A DNA stretch of 62,871 bases, filler included, from 6 parts of 6 records of this genome joined end to end with filler, not necessarily neighbours in it, one strand, 5' to 3'. Numbered from the whole stretch's first letter, positions 12,901-22,900 are shown. Made by a program: numbers and translations. The notes: generated by a model not told the origin, from the sequence alone.

Positions 12901-13175
12901 CGACACGAAACCGCATCCGGCCGATCTTCATGTCGACATTGACCAGCGTTCTCGGGATGCTCCCTCTTGTGGTGTTCCCCGGTGCCGGCTCGGAACTCTA
13001 TCGCGGGCTTGGGTCCGTCGTGATCGGCGGCCTCTCTCTCTCCGCCGTGCTGACGCTCGCCATCATCCCACCCTTGCTGTCCCTCTGCCTTGCTCTCGTG
13101 GAACCCGGAAAACAGGTTACGGACGAAGCGTCCGGGCGCCCGGCAGACAAGCCGGACAGCCAGGCCGCAGAGTAA
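9966..13175 (+). CDS. RND efflux permease (AcrB/AcrD/AcrF family)
   Basis: GMVVDAAIVVLENI, GIVVNNAILLV, RIRPIFMSTLT, two-repeat 12-TM layout. ATG at 9966. Confidence 0.95.
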   Translation: MDTLIRHAIQRPVAVLAIVMMIVMFGIVALQSIPIQLAPDVNRPVITVTTYWNGAAPAEIEREIINRQEDELRGLEALESMISSSEDGRGRITMEFSPGTDMDKSLLLVSNRLDRVGNYPDEVDEPTFQTAGSEDNAIAWAVILRKDGNDTPMHTYGDFAEDYVKARIERISGIGEARIYGGAEREMRVEVDPQLLAQYQLTIPDVLGSLRAANASISAGAVDEGKRRYVVRTEGDFKNIDNVRGVVLRSIEDPMTGRVARVTVSDVASVSIGYKDPVARIRQFGTPALAVPMYRETGANVIEVMTEVRKAIDELNKGYLATRDLEMIQVYDETTYINSSIDLVRQNIWVGGILAAMVLYLFLRSGNATLVVSLAIPVSIIGSFVAMAALGRSINVISLAGIAFAVGMVVDAAIVVLENIFRLRQLGHSPNEAAYRGAQQVWGAVLVSSLTTVMVFIPILVMELEVGQLFRDIAVAISVAVCLSLVVSATVVPALASRLLKNEIGDLSAARRLPLVDSFAHAFVATVMKQTRAVVKNRALALTVIAGMTVGSIAATWAMLPELDYLPEGNRNLIIGFVKPPPGYNLDTMSAIATKLENATKPIWDFDGTRPVAEDGTPTMSRFFFVALRANVIVGSAASDPTRAKELIPVLRRSLFTEPGTFGFFRQSSLFGRGVGGSNSIDLDISGGELEELTEIAQKTFFKVSQAFPQEEGTQIRPQPSLSLGAPEVRVVPNRTLLADNGVSARDLGFTVDAYNDGIRVAEITVQGERIDLTLTGPEDHIVQTQGVADLPVVTSEGKIVPAGSLANVMVTTGPTEIRHVARERTITLTVSPPSGMPLEGALNRMRDEVITPMEADGLPPGVSIRMSGTADKLAQTWNEMVVDLVMALVIVYLVMAVLFESFFYPLVIIFSVPLATAGGVVGLATLNVFIRQNLDMLTLLGFVILIGIVVNNAILLVHQTLHHIREDGMESGAAIIEATRNRIRPIFMSTLTSVLGMLPLVVFPGAGSELYRGLGSVVIGGLSLSAVLTLAIIPPLLSLCLALVEPGKQVTDEASGRPADKPDSQAAE

Positions 13176-13420
13176 GATCGGGGCACCAGGAAACATAAAC
13201 GCCCAAAAAACGTCTAGAATTTTTGAGTAAATTTTATCTACATTAACGTAAGGCACTAAATACGCAGTTCCATTTGGGAATGCGAAGGTGCTCCAGACTG
13301 CAGACTGGCTGATGGCGCTTCCACACATGCCATCCGGCGGCTATTGTTCAGTGTGGAATTTTACATAAGTTTACACGCGCTCCCGCAAGAGCGTCTTGAA
13401 CATGGACACGGTTCGCTGAA

Positions 13421-14677
13421 ATGACGCCTCAGGAAATCGCGAATATCCTGGACGAACACGAAAAATGGCTGAGCCGCGCCCATAGCGGATCTCGGGCAAA
13501 TCTGGCACGCGCCAACCTTTCCGGTTTCACGCTCGAAAAGGTAAACCTCAAATCCGCCAAAATGTCCGGTGCGAACCTGCAGAAGACGATCCTGGTCGGC
13601 AGCAACCTCAGCCATACGGATCTGTTCTGTGCGGTGCTTGATGGCGCCGATCTGAGGGATGCCGACCTGCAGAATGCCGATCTGCGCGGCGCCTCCATTC
13701 GTAACGTCGCCTTCAAGGGCGCCAATCTTGTCGGCGCCGATTTCCGCGGCGGCACGCTCATGTTCGGCACCGACGATGACGAGGGGCAGAGGGACGGGCC
13801 GACATCGAACCAGCAAGGCGCCGACCTGAGCTATTCGGCCATGCCGAATGCGAGCCTTGCGGGCGCGCATCTGGCCGGAGCGAACCTTTCCGGGGTGAAC
13901 CTGCGCAATGCGGACCTGAAGGGAGCTGATCTTTCCAACTGTGTGCTGGTTGAAGCAGACCTTTCCGGCGCGGACTTGCAGGATGCCAATCTGTCCGGCG
14001 CCCGGCTCGACAATACGATTCTCAAGCATGCCAATCTGTCCGGAGCCAACCTGGACGGCTGCGACCTTTCCGGAGCGGATGTCACCGGCGCCAACATGGT
14101 TCGACACGAAGATTCCCTGCCTTTCGAGGTCCGCGAAGTCCTCAACATGCACTACGTCTGGATCCGGGAAGACGGACGCCTTGGCGACCGCGCGATCCTG
14201 AAGAATGCCGACCTGAGCTTTATTGATCTTGCCGCCGTGAATCTGTCCGGCGCGGATCTGCACGGGGCCAATATGAGCGGGGCCAACCTCTCGAACGTCC
14301 TGCTTGTGATGTCGGATCTGTCCGATACGAACCTGAAGGGGGCGAACCTGAGTGGCGCGACGCTGGAGGGGATCAACCTCGCAAATGCCGACATGACGGA
14401 TGCGGATCTTTCGCATGCGGGGATAGGGCCGGTCGACCTGAAGGATCAGAAAGGCCAGCTTACCGGACGGAAATGGCCCGCAAACCTTTCCGGCGCCAAA
14501 CTGGTGAATGCAAACCTCAAGGATGCTGACCTGCAAAATGCCAACCTGGCCGGAGCAGATCTTACAGGTGCGGATCTTTCCGGCGCGGATCTTACGCGCG
14601 CGAATCTTACGGATGCGGTCTTTAAGACCGAGCAGATCTCAACCGCAAAAACCGGCGTGAACGCCGACAATAAATAA
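13421..14677 (+). CDS. pentapeptide repeat protein (two capped beta-helix modules)
   Basis: Dozens of A(D/N)LxG pentapeptides; the HxxW(L/I)..G.RA cap occurs twice. Confidence 0.92.
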   Translation: MTPQEIANILDEHEKWLSRAHSGSRANLARANLSGFTLEKVNLKSAKMSGANLQKTILVGSNLSHTDLFCAVLDGADLRDADLQNADLRGASIRNVAFKGANLVGADFRGGTLMFGTDDDEGQRDGPTSNQQGADLSYSAMPNASLAGAHLAGANLSGVNLRNADLKGADLSNCVLVEADLSGADLQDANLSGARLDNTILKHANLSGANLDGCDLSGADVTGANMVRHEDSLPFEVREVLNMHYVWIREDGRLGDRAILKNADLSFIDLAAVNLSGADLHGANMSGANLSNVLLVMSDLSDTNLKGANLSGATLEGINLANADMTDADLSHAGIGPVDLKDQKGQLTGRKWPANLSGAKLVNANLKDADLQNANLAGADLTGADLSGADLTRANLTDAVFKTEQISTAKTGVNADNK

Positions 14678-14793
14678 CATAAACAAATTATGGAATTAAG
14701 CGATACAAACGGTATGACCGGCCCGTTTCAAAGGAAATTCTTCTTGACCCTTGGACATGGAAGCGTGCGAATGCTTCGTTCTAACGAAATTTA

Positions 14794-15189
14794 ATGTCTT
14801 ACTCTGCAGACTGGCCATTCGGGGTTGCCTCCGCATTGACTGATGAAGCGCAAAAAACCGAACAACTCGACAAACTCAGCAACGAGATCGAAAAACTTAT
14901 TGCTCGCGTTGCCGATGATGTACGGGAACAACGAGGCGCGGAGGAAGAACGACGGGCGAGCGGATTTGTGATCTATCTGCTAAGAAACCCGGACAACACA
15001 CCGATTCAGACACTTCTGCTCAAGAAAGCCGGTATTGCAACGAACGATATCGTCCAAACGCGCGGCTTTACGGCCCTCAAGAACCATTGTGAGCGTCTCA
15101 GCCTGCAGGCGCGCGTTGAGGATGCCGTGAGACCATCGCGGGAATACGTCAATCCCTGCCTTGGCATTATCGTGGATGGCTGGCCATGA
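14794..15189 (+). CDS. hypothetical protein (131 aa)
   Basis: Only sensible ORF filling the gap between the two pentapeptide genes, on the same strand, with protein-like composition. Confidence 0.65.
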   Translation: MSYSADWPFGVASALTDEAQKTEQLDKLSNEIEKLIARVADDVREQRGAEEERRASGFVIYLLRNPDNTPIQTLLLKKAGIATNDIVQTRGFTALKNHCERLSLQARVEDAVRPSREYVNPCLGIIVDGWP

Positions 15190-15292
15190 TAAGTGTTGAG
15201 TTGAAACGAGCCTCCAAAGGTTCACTGCCCAGGGGGGCACTGCATTGTCTGCTTATCGGCAGCCCCGCGCTGATGGAAAGAAACCAGAGTCG

Positions 15293-16543
15293 ATGACGCC
15301 GGAAGATATTCTTCAAGCCATTGAGAGCCATCAGCGTTGGCTGAAACGCAAGCCGGGCGGCGTGCGTGCGGACCTGTCTGGACTTGACGTCGCGGGCTTT
15401 CAGCTGTCACGCGTGAACCTTCAGTCCGCACGTCTGTCAGGCGTCAATTTCTCGGGCACCTTCCTGTCCGCCGCCGATCTCAGTTATGCGGATCTGTTTT
15501 GCGCCAATCTGGATAATTCGGACCTGTCCAACGCCGTCCTGATGCGGGCAGACCTGCGCGGCGCAACCATCAGGGGGTCCAACCTCGGTGGCGCCAACCT
15601 GAAGGAAGCCGACATGCGCGGCGGCGCCATCATCAACGACCTGGCGGATGAGCGCCCGACCTTTATCCGGGCAGACGTATCCTCCTCGACCATGGACGAG
15701 GCGGATATCAATAACGCCAATCTGTCCGGAACCAATCTGTCCAATTCCAGCATGATCGGCACCAACCTTGAGAACACCCTGCTTTGCGGTGCCAATCTCA
15801 GCGGGGTGAATCTCGAGAATGCAAACCTGACCGGAGCGGATCTGTCCGGCGCCAATCTGGCGAACGCAAAAATTATCGGGGCCAACCTCAGGGGCGCAAA
15901 CCTGCGCGGCGCCCTGATATCCGAAACCAGCTTTGCCAAATCCGATCTCAGCAGCGCAATTCTCGAGCGGGTCAACCTGTCGACGGCCAATCTCACTGGC
16001 GCCCAGCTGGTGACCGAGAACGGGGACCGCAGCCGTTCCCTCCGGGATATCGTCAATGATCATGAACTGTGGATACGCGAGCAGGGTCGCGGCGGTACCC
16101 GGGCGCAGCTTGCCGGGGCCAATCTCAAGGATGTCGATCTGAGCGATATCAACCTGTCGGGCGCGGACCTGCGCGAAGTGGATCTGTCCGGCGCCAAGAT
16201 GCGCCGCACCCAGCTGGTGATGACAGACCTTACCGGCGCCAAGCTTCCCCGGGCCGATCTCAGGGATTCCGATCTGTCCGGCACCAAGCTGATCTCCGCC
16301 GACCTGACGGATGCGCAGATGAATGGCGCACTGTTTTATCCGGTCGAGCTGAAAGACGCCAATGGCAACCCGACCGGACGGTTCTGGCCGTCCGATCTGG
16401 AAGGTGCCTTGCTCCGCAATGCGGATCTTACCGGAGCCCGTTTCAAAGGCGCCAACCTCACCGGCACGGATCTGAAAGGTGCCCGGACCGCCGGCGCCCA
16501 GTTTACGGACACGGACCTCGACCAGGCAGTGACGGACGCCTGA
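15293..16543 (+). CDS. pentapeptide repeat protein, paralog of 13421-14677
   Basis: MTPEDILQAIESHQRWL aligns with MTPQEIANILDEHEKWL, so the start is set at ATG 15293. Same repeat and loop layout. Confidence 0.92.
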   Translation: MTPEDILQAIESHQRWLKRKPGGVRADLSGLDVAGFQLSRVNLQSARLSGVNFSGTFLSAADLSYADLFCANLDNSDLSNAVLMRADLRGATIRGSNLGGANLKEADMRGGAIINDLADERPTFIRADVSSSTMDEADINNANLSGTNLSNSSMIGTNLENTLLCGANLSGVNLENANLTGADLSGANLANAKIIGANLRGANLRGALISETSFAKSDLSSAILERVNLSTANLTGAQLVTENGDRSRSLRDIVNDHELWIREQGRGGTRAQLAGANLKDVDLSDINLSGADLREVDLSGAKMRRTQLVMTDLTGAKLPRADLRDSDLSGTKLISADLTDAQMNGALFYPVELKDANGNPTGRFWPSDLEGALLRNADLTGARFKGANLTGTDLKGARTAGAQFTDTDLDQAVTDA

Positions 16544-16549
16544 CGCCGG

Positions 16550-17614
16550 TCAGGCGGCTCCCATCACAGCCTTGAGCGCAGTCAATGCCAGCTCAATCCC
16601 GCTGCGCGTGACATCGATATGGGTCACGGCACGCATCCGGCGCGGCCCCATCGGGCCAATCCGCACCTTATGCTCACGCATCAGACGCTCCGACAAACTC
16701 GCCGCATCGAAGGCCGGCGACTCAATGTCGAAATACACCATGTTGGTCTCGATCTCGTCGACCGCTACGGTCAATCCCGGGATCGATGCAATCCCTTCGG
16801 CAAGATACCGGGCATTGGCATGATCCTCGGCCAACCGGTCGATATGGTGATCAAGTGCATGAACCCCGGCGGCGGCGATAATCCCGGCCTGCCGCATCGC
16901 CCCTCCGAACTGGTGCTTGAAGAGCCAGCTTCGCTCGATGAATTCTGCGCTGCCGGCCAGCACGCCGCCAACCGGGCATCCCAGTCCCTTCGAAAGATCG
17001 ATCCAGAGAGAGTCGCATAACGCGCCATAGGACGAGGCCGGTGTTCCGGACGCGACCACCGCGTTCAGCAGCCGCGCACCATCCATATGAACCTTGAGGC
17101 CATGACTGCGGGCGCATTCGGCAACGCCGGAAACGGTTGCAAGCGGCCAGACAGCGCCCCCACCGAGATTGGCCGTGTTCTCGATATTCACCAGTTTCTG
17201 GCGCTGGCCATGGTGGCCCCGCGGCACACGAATGACGGTTTCCAGGCCGGTTGCATCGAAAATGCCGCGCTTGCCCTTCAGTGTCCGGACCATCGCCCCG
17301 GCGAGAGCTGCAGGCCCGCCCGCCTCGAAATGCAGTGCATGGGCGCTTTCTTCCAGAATGATCTCCTCACCCCTGTCAACCCAGACCCGGTATGCGATCT
17401 CGTTACACATGGTTCCGGAAGGCAGGAAGATCGCGGCTTCCTTGCCGAGCAAATTGGCGACCTTTTCACACAGAAAGTTGACCGTCGGGTCTTCCATCGC
17501 CTGCTCATTGCCGACTTCCGCCTCGGCCATGGCCTGCCGCATCGCTGCCGTCGGACGCGAGACCGTGTCGCTATAAAGATCGACCGCCGGACCGTTTCCT
17601 TCATTCGTCATCAT
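16550..17614 (-). CDS. ltaE: low-specificity L-threonine aldolase family PLP enzyme
   Basis: DLYSDTV..PT..MR, F.PSGTMCN, IENT.N..GG, HMDGARL.NA, LSKGLGCPVG, GGAMRQAG. Confidence 0.88.
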   Translation of the reverse strand: MMTNEGNGPAVDLYSDTVSRPTAAMRQAMAEAEVGNEQAMEDPTVNFLCEKVANLLGKEAAIFLPSGTMCNEIAYRVWVDRGEEIILEESAHALHFEAGGPAALAGAMVRTLKGKRGIFDATGLETVIRVPRGHHGQRQKLVNIENTANLGGGAVWPLATVSGVAECARSHGLKVHMDGARLLNAVVASGTPASSYGALCDSLWIDLSKGLGCPVGGVLAGSAEFIERSWLFKHQFGGAMRQAGIIAAAGVHALDHHIDRLAEDHANARYLAEGIASIPGLTVAVDEIETNMVYFDIESPAFDAASLSERLMREHKVRIGPMGPRRMRAVTHIDVTRSGIELALTALKAVMGAA

Positions 17615-17752
17615 CGCCACGCTTCCTCTTCCCCCACCCGCCGCAGCGAGCCTATTGAATGCCCTGCCCGCCACAGCGGGCCTATTGAATGATCAGCTTA
17701 CCGGGCCAACGTTAAGGTCCAGCACGGCACAGGGAAAGGAACAGAACCGCAC

Positions 17753-18166
17753 ATGGCCGAAACAAATCCGAACAACGGCAATCAGGTTACCCGGCCGCGG
17801 ACCCTGCCCTTTTCCCTCGGGCTTTCGGAGAACGACCGCCTTGCCGTGCATATCGTCTACGGGCTCTATGGAGCGGCGATCGTCTTCGGTCTGCCCTCCA
17901 TCTTCGGGGTGATTCTCGCCTATCTGAAGCGCGGAGATCTTGAGGGAACACCCTTGGCCGGACATATTACCTGGCAGATCAGGACATTCTGGATCCAGGT
18001 CATCACCATCGTTCTGACGGCGGCACTGACCGCAACCTGGATCCTGATTCCCTTCGCCTGGCTGATCGGCGGGCTCGGCTGGCTCTGGTTTGTCTACCGG
18101 GTCGTCAAGGGCTGGATCCGGCACTCGAACGACGCACCGATCAAGGATCCTTACGCACTGTTCTGA
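17753..18166 (+). CDS. small membrane protein, DUF4870-like
   Basis: Hydrophobic helices with GVILAYLKR..H..WQIRTFW..W..YR..KGW pattern; AGGA RBS. Confidence 0.8.
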   Translation: MAETNPNNGNQVTRPRTLPFSLGLSENDRLAVHIVYGLYGAAIVFGLPSIFGVILAYLKRGDLEGTPLAGHITWQIRTFWIQVITIVLTAALTATWILIPFAWLIGGLGWLWFVYRVVKGWIRHSNDAPIKDPYALF

Positions 18167-18182
18167 CCCAGTGCGTAAGGAT
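18147..18182. terminator. perfect 14-bp hairpin between convergent genes (possible bidirectional terminator)
   Basis: ATCCTTACGCACTG-ttctgacc-CAGTGCGTAAGGAT; no U tract. Confidence 0.5.
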
Positions 18183-18187
18183 GCGGG

Positions 18188-18691
18188 CTATTCCGGGGCC
18201 GAGTCCGGGCCCAGCTCTCTTGCCATCAAGCACACTTCCTTGGATCCGCCTTCCGTTTCCTGCCGTCCGACTTCGGCGAATCCGAAAGCATGGTGAAAAC
18301 GCAGAGACCCTTCGTTGCTCGGCCGCACGTTGACCTCGCATGTCAGCCGCTCGGCCTTGCCTGAAGCAAACCTGGCGAAGTCCGTATAAAGGCTCTGCCC
18401 GACACCGCGCCCGCGTGCCTCTGACGAGACCACGATGCGGTCGACATACAGAAACGATGAATAGCGTTCGCTAAACCATTTGTAATTGAGGCTGTCATAG
18501 GGACGCCCCGGCAGGAACCCGATCAGAAAGCCAGCGAGCAAATCACCGTCCCTGGCGACACGAAAATAATCCGCCTTCTCCAGGAACCAGACAAAACCAT
18601 CTGTATCGATGCTGTTCACGTGGGGAATTTCAGCTTCATTGAGAAGACCGATTATCGCCAAATCTTCTCTCAGAGCGTCTTCAATTTGCAT
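18188..18691 (-). CDS. GNAT family N-acetyltransferase
   Basis: Y.SLNY.WF..RY..FLYVDRIVV...ARGRGVG..LY, CEVN..P.N..SL.FH..FGF.EVG. Start ATG 18691. Confidence 0.9.
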   Translation of the reverse strand: MQIEDALREDLAIIGLLNEAEIPHVNSIDTDGFVWFLEKADYFRVARDGDLLAGFLIGFLPGRPYDSLNYKWFSERYSSFLYVDRIVVSSEARGRGVGQSLYTDFARFASGKAERLTCEVNVRPSNEGSLRFHHAFGFAEVGRQETEGGSKEVCLMARELGPDSAPE

Positions 18692-19154
18692 TCTACGTCC
18701 TTTTTTGAATAGTCGCGGACACATCGATATTCCGAACGGATATCATCAATTTTCTGCCGCCCGGCGGCCCATGCTTCTTATAGATAAATTCTTTGACATC
18801 GACATTCCGCGTTGCTCATGATGATTATTAATGAACGAAACGCAGCGTCTTCATGACCATTCGGGAATGAATGTCTGTCATGTCGCCATTTTCGAATCTG
18901 CGTTCATAATTGAACAGTGAGATTAATACATAACGAACAAAGTCCGCTCACACGTTCGATTTCAACGGATCTGAACTGGAGGCGAAATTCCGGCAGGAAT
19001 GTTCTGAATCTCTTGGACATTTGCTGCAGCGTCACATTTCACTATTGGTGATCGTATGTTCTAAAAACGACACTTTAGATGTCGCTTTGAGAGCACTATG
19101 ATCCGGGCCACGCGTGCTCCGGGGCGCACCTTTGCACAACAGGGAGACAAAGAT

Positions 19155-19869
19155 ATGAACAGGGAATTGCAGGACCGTTCAGGACGGCCGCTGAACCAGA
19201 TCGTCAGCAGTTGGGCGGCAGACACCAAAAAAGGCAAGATGGACCGGCGTGAATTCCTCGCGCTTGCCAGCGCGCTTGGTGCGACAACGGCAACGGCCTA
19301 TGGCCTGCTCGGCATGGCAGCGCCGAAAACAGCTCATGCGGCGGGTAAGAAGGGCGGCACCCTCAAAGTCTCCATGTCTGTACGCCGGGTTGTCGACCCG
19401 CGGATCTTCGACTGGTCCGAAATGGGCAACGTCGCCCGTCAGGTTTGCGAGAACCTGGTGTCCTACACTTCGGCCTACACGTTCGAGCCGGCCCTGCTGG
19501 AAGGCTGGGAGGTCAATGACGACGCGACCGAATATGTTCTCAAGGTCCGCAAGGGCGTGACCTGGAACAATGGCGACGTGTTCGACGCGGACGACGTGAT
19601 CTACAACCTTGAGCGCTGGTGCGAGAAGGACGTCGAGGGCAACTCGATGGCCGGCCGCATGGCGACCATGATCGACCCGGAGACCAACAAGGCGCTCGCG
19701 GGCTCGATCACCAAGGTCGACAGCCACACGGTGAAACTGACCCTGCCGAAGTCGGACATCAGCATTATCCCGGGCATGACCGATTATCCGGCACTGATCG
19801 TCCATCGCGACTTCGACAAGAACGGCGCCGATCTTTCCAAGAACCCGATCGGCACCGGCCCGTTCGAAC
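19155..19869 (+). CDS. ABC transporter substrate-binding protein family 5 (peptide/nickel type), Tat-like signal, truncated by contig end
   Basis: [62 protein letters not shown]. Confidence 0.9.
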
Positions 19870-19969
19870 NNNNNNNNNNNNNNNNNNNNNNNNNNNNNNN
19901 NNNNNNNNNNNNNTTAATTAATTAANNNNNNNNNNNNNNNNNNNNNNNNNNNNNNNNNNNNNNNNNNNN
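19870..19969. other. artificial contig linker
   Basis: N44-TTAATTAATTAA-N44, giving stops in all six frames. Confidence 0.98.
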
Positions 19970-19970
19970 T

Positions 19971-22900
19971 GTTCAGGAATATCAAATTGATGTAAACCCG
20001 GACGCACTTAAAGCTTACAACATCCCCTTGCATCAGGTGATGCAGGCGGTGAGAAAATCCAACCGGGATGTGGGCGCAAAAACAATTGAAATAAATCAGG
20101 CCGAATACCTGGTTCGTGGATTGGGTTACATTAAAAGTGTTGAAGATATTGAAAAAGCCATGGTTTCGGTTCAGGACAATGTGCCTATTCGAATCAAGGA
20201 TATTGCCATTGTTTCGCTAGGCCCGGCTACACGACGTGGCGCACTGGACAAGGGAGGTGCAGAAGTAGTTGGCGGTGTGGTCGTGGCACGTTACGGTTCC
20301 AATCCTTTAGAGGTCATCAACAATGTTAAAAAGAAAATGGAAGAGATCGCCCCAGGCCTTCCCAAGAAAACATTGGCCGATGGCACGGAAACACAACTGA
20401 CTATTGTGCCCTTTTATGACCGCACTCAGCTAATCCATGAAACCATTGGTACACTGGAAACGGCACTTTCACATGAGGTGTTGATCAGCATTATCGTTGT
20501 ACTTATACTCTTGCTGAACCTTAGAGCTTCCATTATCATTTCAAGCTTGTTGCCGGTTGGTGTATTGATGACTTTCATCTTGATGCGCTACACCGGAGTG
20601 GATGCCAATGTGGTAGCGCTTTCCGGTATTGCCATAGCCATCGGCGTGATGGTCGATGTAGGGATTGTGTTTGTAGAAAATATCATCCGCCATCTGGAAA
20701 TGCCTGAAAACCACGGTGCAAAGGGCAAAAACCTGATGAAAGCCATCTATGAGGCCACTAAAGAAGTTGCTTCAGCCATTACCACCGCGTTGGCAACAAC
20801 CGTAGTGAGTTTTGTGCCTGTATTCGCTATGGAGTCGGCAGAAGGCAAATTGTTCAAACCCCTTGCCTTCACCAAGACCTATGCCTTGATGGGTTCCTTT
20901 GTTCTTGGCTTGGTGGTGCTCCCAACACTGGCCTATTTCATTTTTGGTATCAATTACGACAAAAAAAGGGTCCGAACTATTTGGAACATCGCATTCATCG
21001 CAGGTGGGATCATTGTAGCTGCTTATGCTCAACTCTGGTTGCCCCTGGTGATCTGTCTTGTGGGGATCAACAACATGTTCGAGTCAAAATGGAGCGTGCG
21101 TTTTAAGCGGTTACCGGAATACATCAACATCATTCTTGCCTTGTTCATTGCCAGCTTCTATCTGGCCGAAGAATGGATGCCGCTTGGAGTTCAACTACCA
21201 ATAGTGGTCAATTACCTGTTTGTATTGCTATTGATTGGATTCATTTTGGCTTGCCTGTTAGCCGTTGTGCATTTTTATGAGCCTATACTGGGATGGTGCC
21301 TGGTAAACAAAGGCAAATTTCTATTGCTTCCCCTATTCACCATCATACTTGGAGTTGTTATCTGGTTGGGGTTTGACAAAGTGTTTGGTTTTGTTCCTGA
21401 TCCGGTCAGAGAGTCCAAACCGTGGAAATCCATCTCAAGTACTTTTCCGGGCATTGGTTCCGAATTTATGCCATCGCTAAATGAAGGGAGTTATCTACTC
21501 ATGCCTACGTCCATGCCGCATGCTGGTGTAGAGCAAAACCGAAAGGTGGTAGCTCAGCTAGATATGTTGGTAAGCCAAATCCCTGAGGTATCCATGGTAG
21601 TTGGTAAGATGGGCAGAGTCGAGTCGGCGCTGGATCCTGCCCCGGTTTCGATGTATGAAAATGTGATCAATTACAAGCCGGAGTATATCATCGATGAGGA
21701 TGGACACAGGGTTCGGTTCAAAGTGGATGAGAATGGAAATTATTTATTGAAAAGCCAGAAGATAGAAGATACAGTCCGGAGGTTAGACAAAAATAAAGTG
21801 TGGTTTTTTGATGGAAAGGATACGGTCAATCTAACTTCTAGCTTCCAACACCTAACCTCTAATCTAATAGAAGATCCTGATGGTCAATACTTCAGAAACT
21901 GGCGCTCGCACATCAAATCACCCGATGACATCTGGGGCGAAATAGTGCAGGTAACTAAGATTCCCGGAGTGACTTCAGCACCCAAACTGCAACCAATTGA
22001 AACACGACTCGTGATGCTGCAAACAGGCATGCGGGCACCAATGGGAATTAAGGTATATGGACCCGACTTGAAAACGATACAGGATTTTGGTTTTCAACTG
22101 GAAAACACACTCAAAGAAGTGAATTCCGTGAAAGCCGAAGCGGTATTTGCCGATCGGATCGTTGGTAAACCCTATCTGCACCTGAATATCAACAGGGATG
22201 AAATTGCCCGTTATGGTTTGAGTGTTGAAGATGTGCAGCAAACCATCGAAACAGCTATCGGGGGAATGAAAATAACATCAACCGTGGAAGGCCGTGAGCG
22301 GTTTCCCGTGAGAGTGCGCTATCCAAGGGAATTACGTGACGATCCGGAATCATTGGGAAGAATTTTACTCCCTACCCCTTCGGGTGCACAAATCCCATTG
22401 AGCCAGGTGGTCGACTTTGAGTATGTGCGGGGACCACAAATGATTCGGAGCGAGGAGACCTTTTTGGTGGGTTATGTCCTCTTTGATAAGCGAGAAGGTT
22501 TTGCTGAAGTGGATGTGGTGAACGCCTCTCAACAGGCAATCAGAGCCAAAATTGAATCAGGTGACCTCATTGTTCCAGCCGGTATAAGCTACAAGTTTTC
22601 AGGAACTTATGAAAACCAGGTTCGAGCTATTAAGCGGCTTTCTATCGTAATCCCGATTAGTTTGCTGGTGATCTTCCTGCTGCTCTATTTTCAGTTCAAA
22701 ACCGTCATTGCGTCATCTATTCACTTCTCAGGAGTCTTTGTTGCTTTTGCAGGTGGGTTTATCATGCTCTGGCTCTACGGACAAGGTTGGTTCCTGAATT
22801 TCTCCATCGCAGAAACGAACATGCGGGATCTTTTTCAAATGGATCCTGTCAACCTGAGTGTGGCCGTTTGGGTTGGTTTCATCGCCTTGTTTGGTATTGC

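Noticed and set aside
8828-13175. RND pair lacking an outer-membrane factor as a novel system
   Set aside because: Common arrangement; the TolC partner is often encoded elsewhere.
13421-16543. Repetitive DNA as a CRISPR array, or the genes as qnr resistance determinants
   Set aside because: The periodicity is 15-nt coding repeats without spacers, and the length and double-module layout do not match Qnr.
19914-19925. Recurring TTAATTAATTAA as a biological repeat or CRISPR-like element
   Set aside because: Always centred in N runs of fixed length; a synthetic six-frame stop linker.
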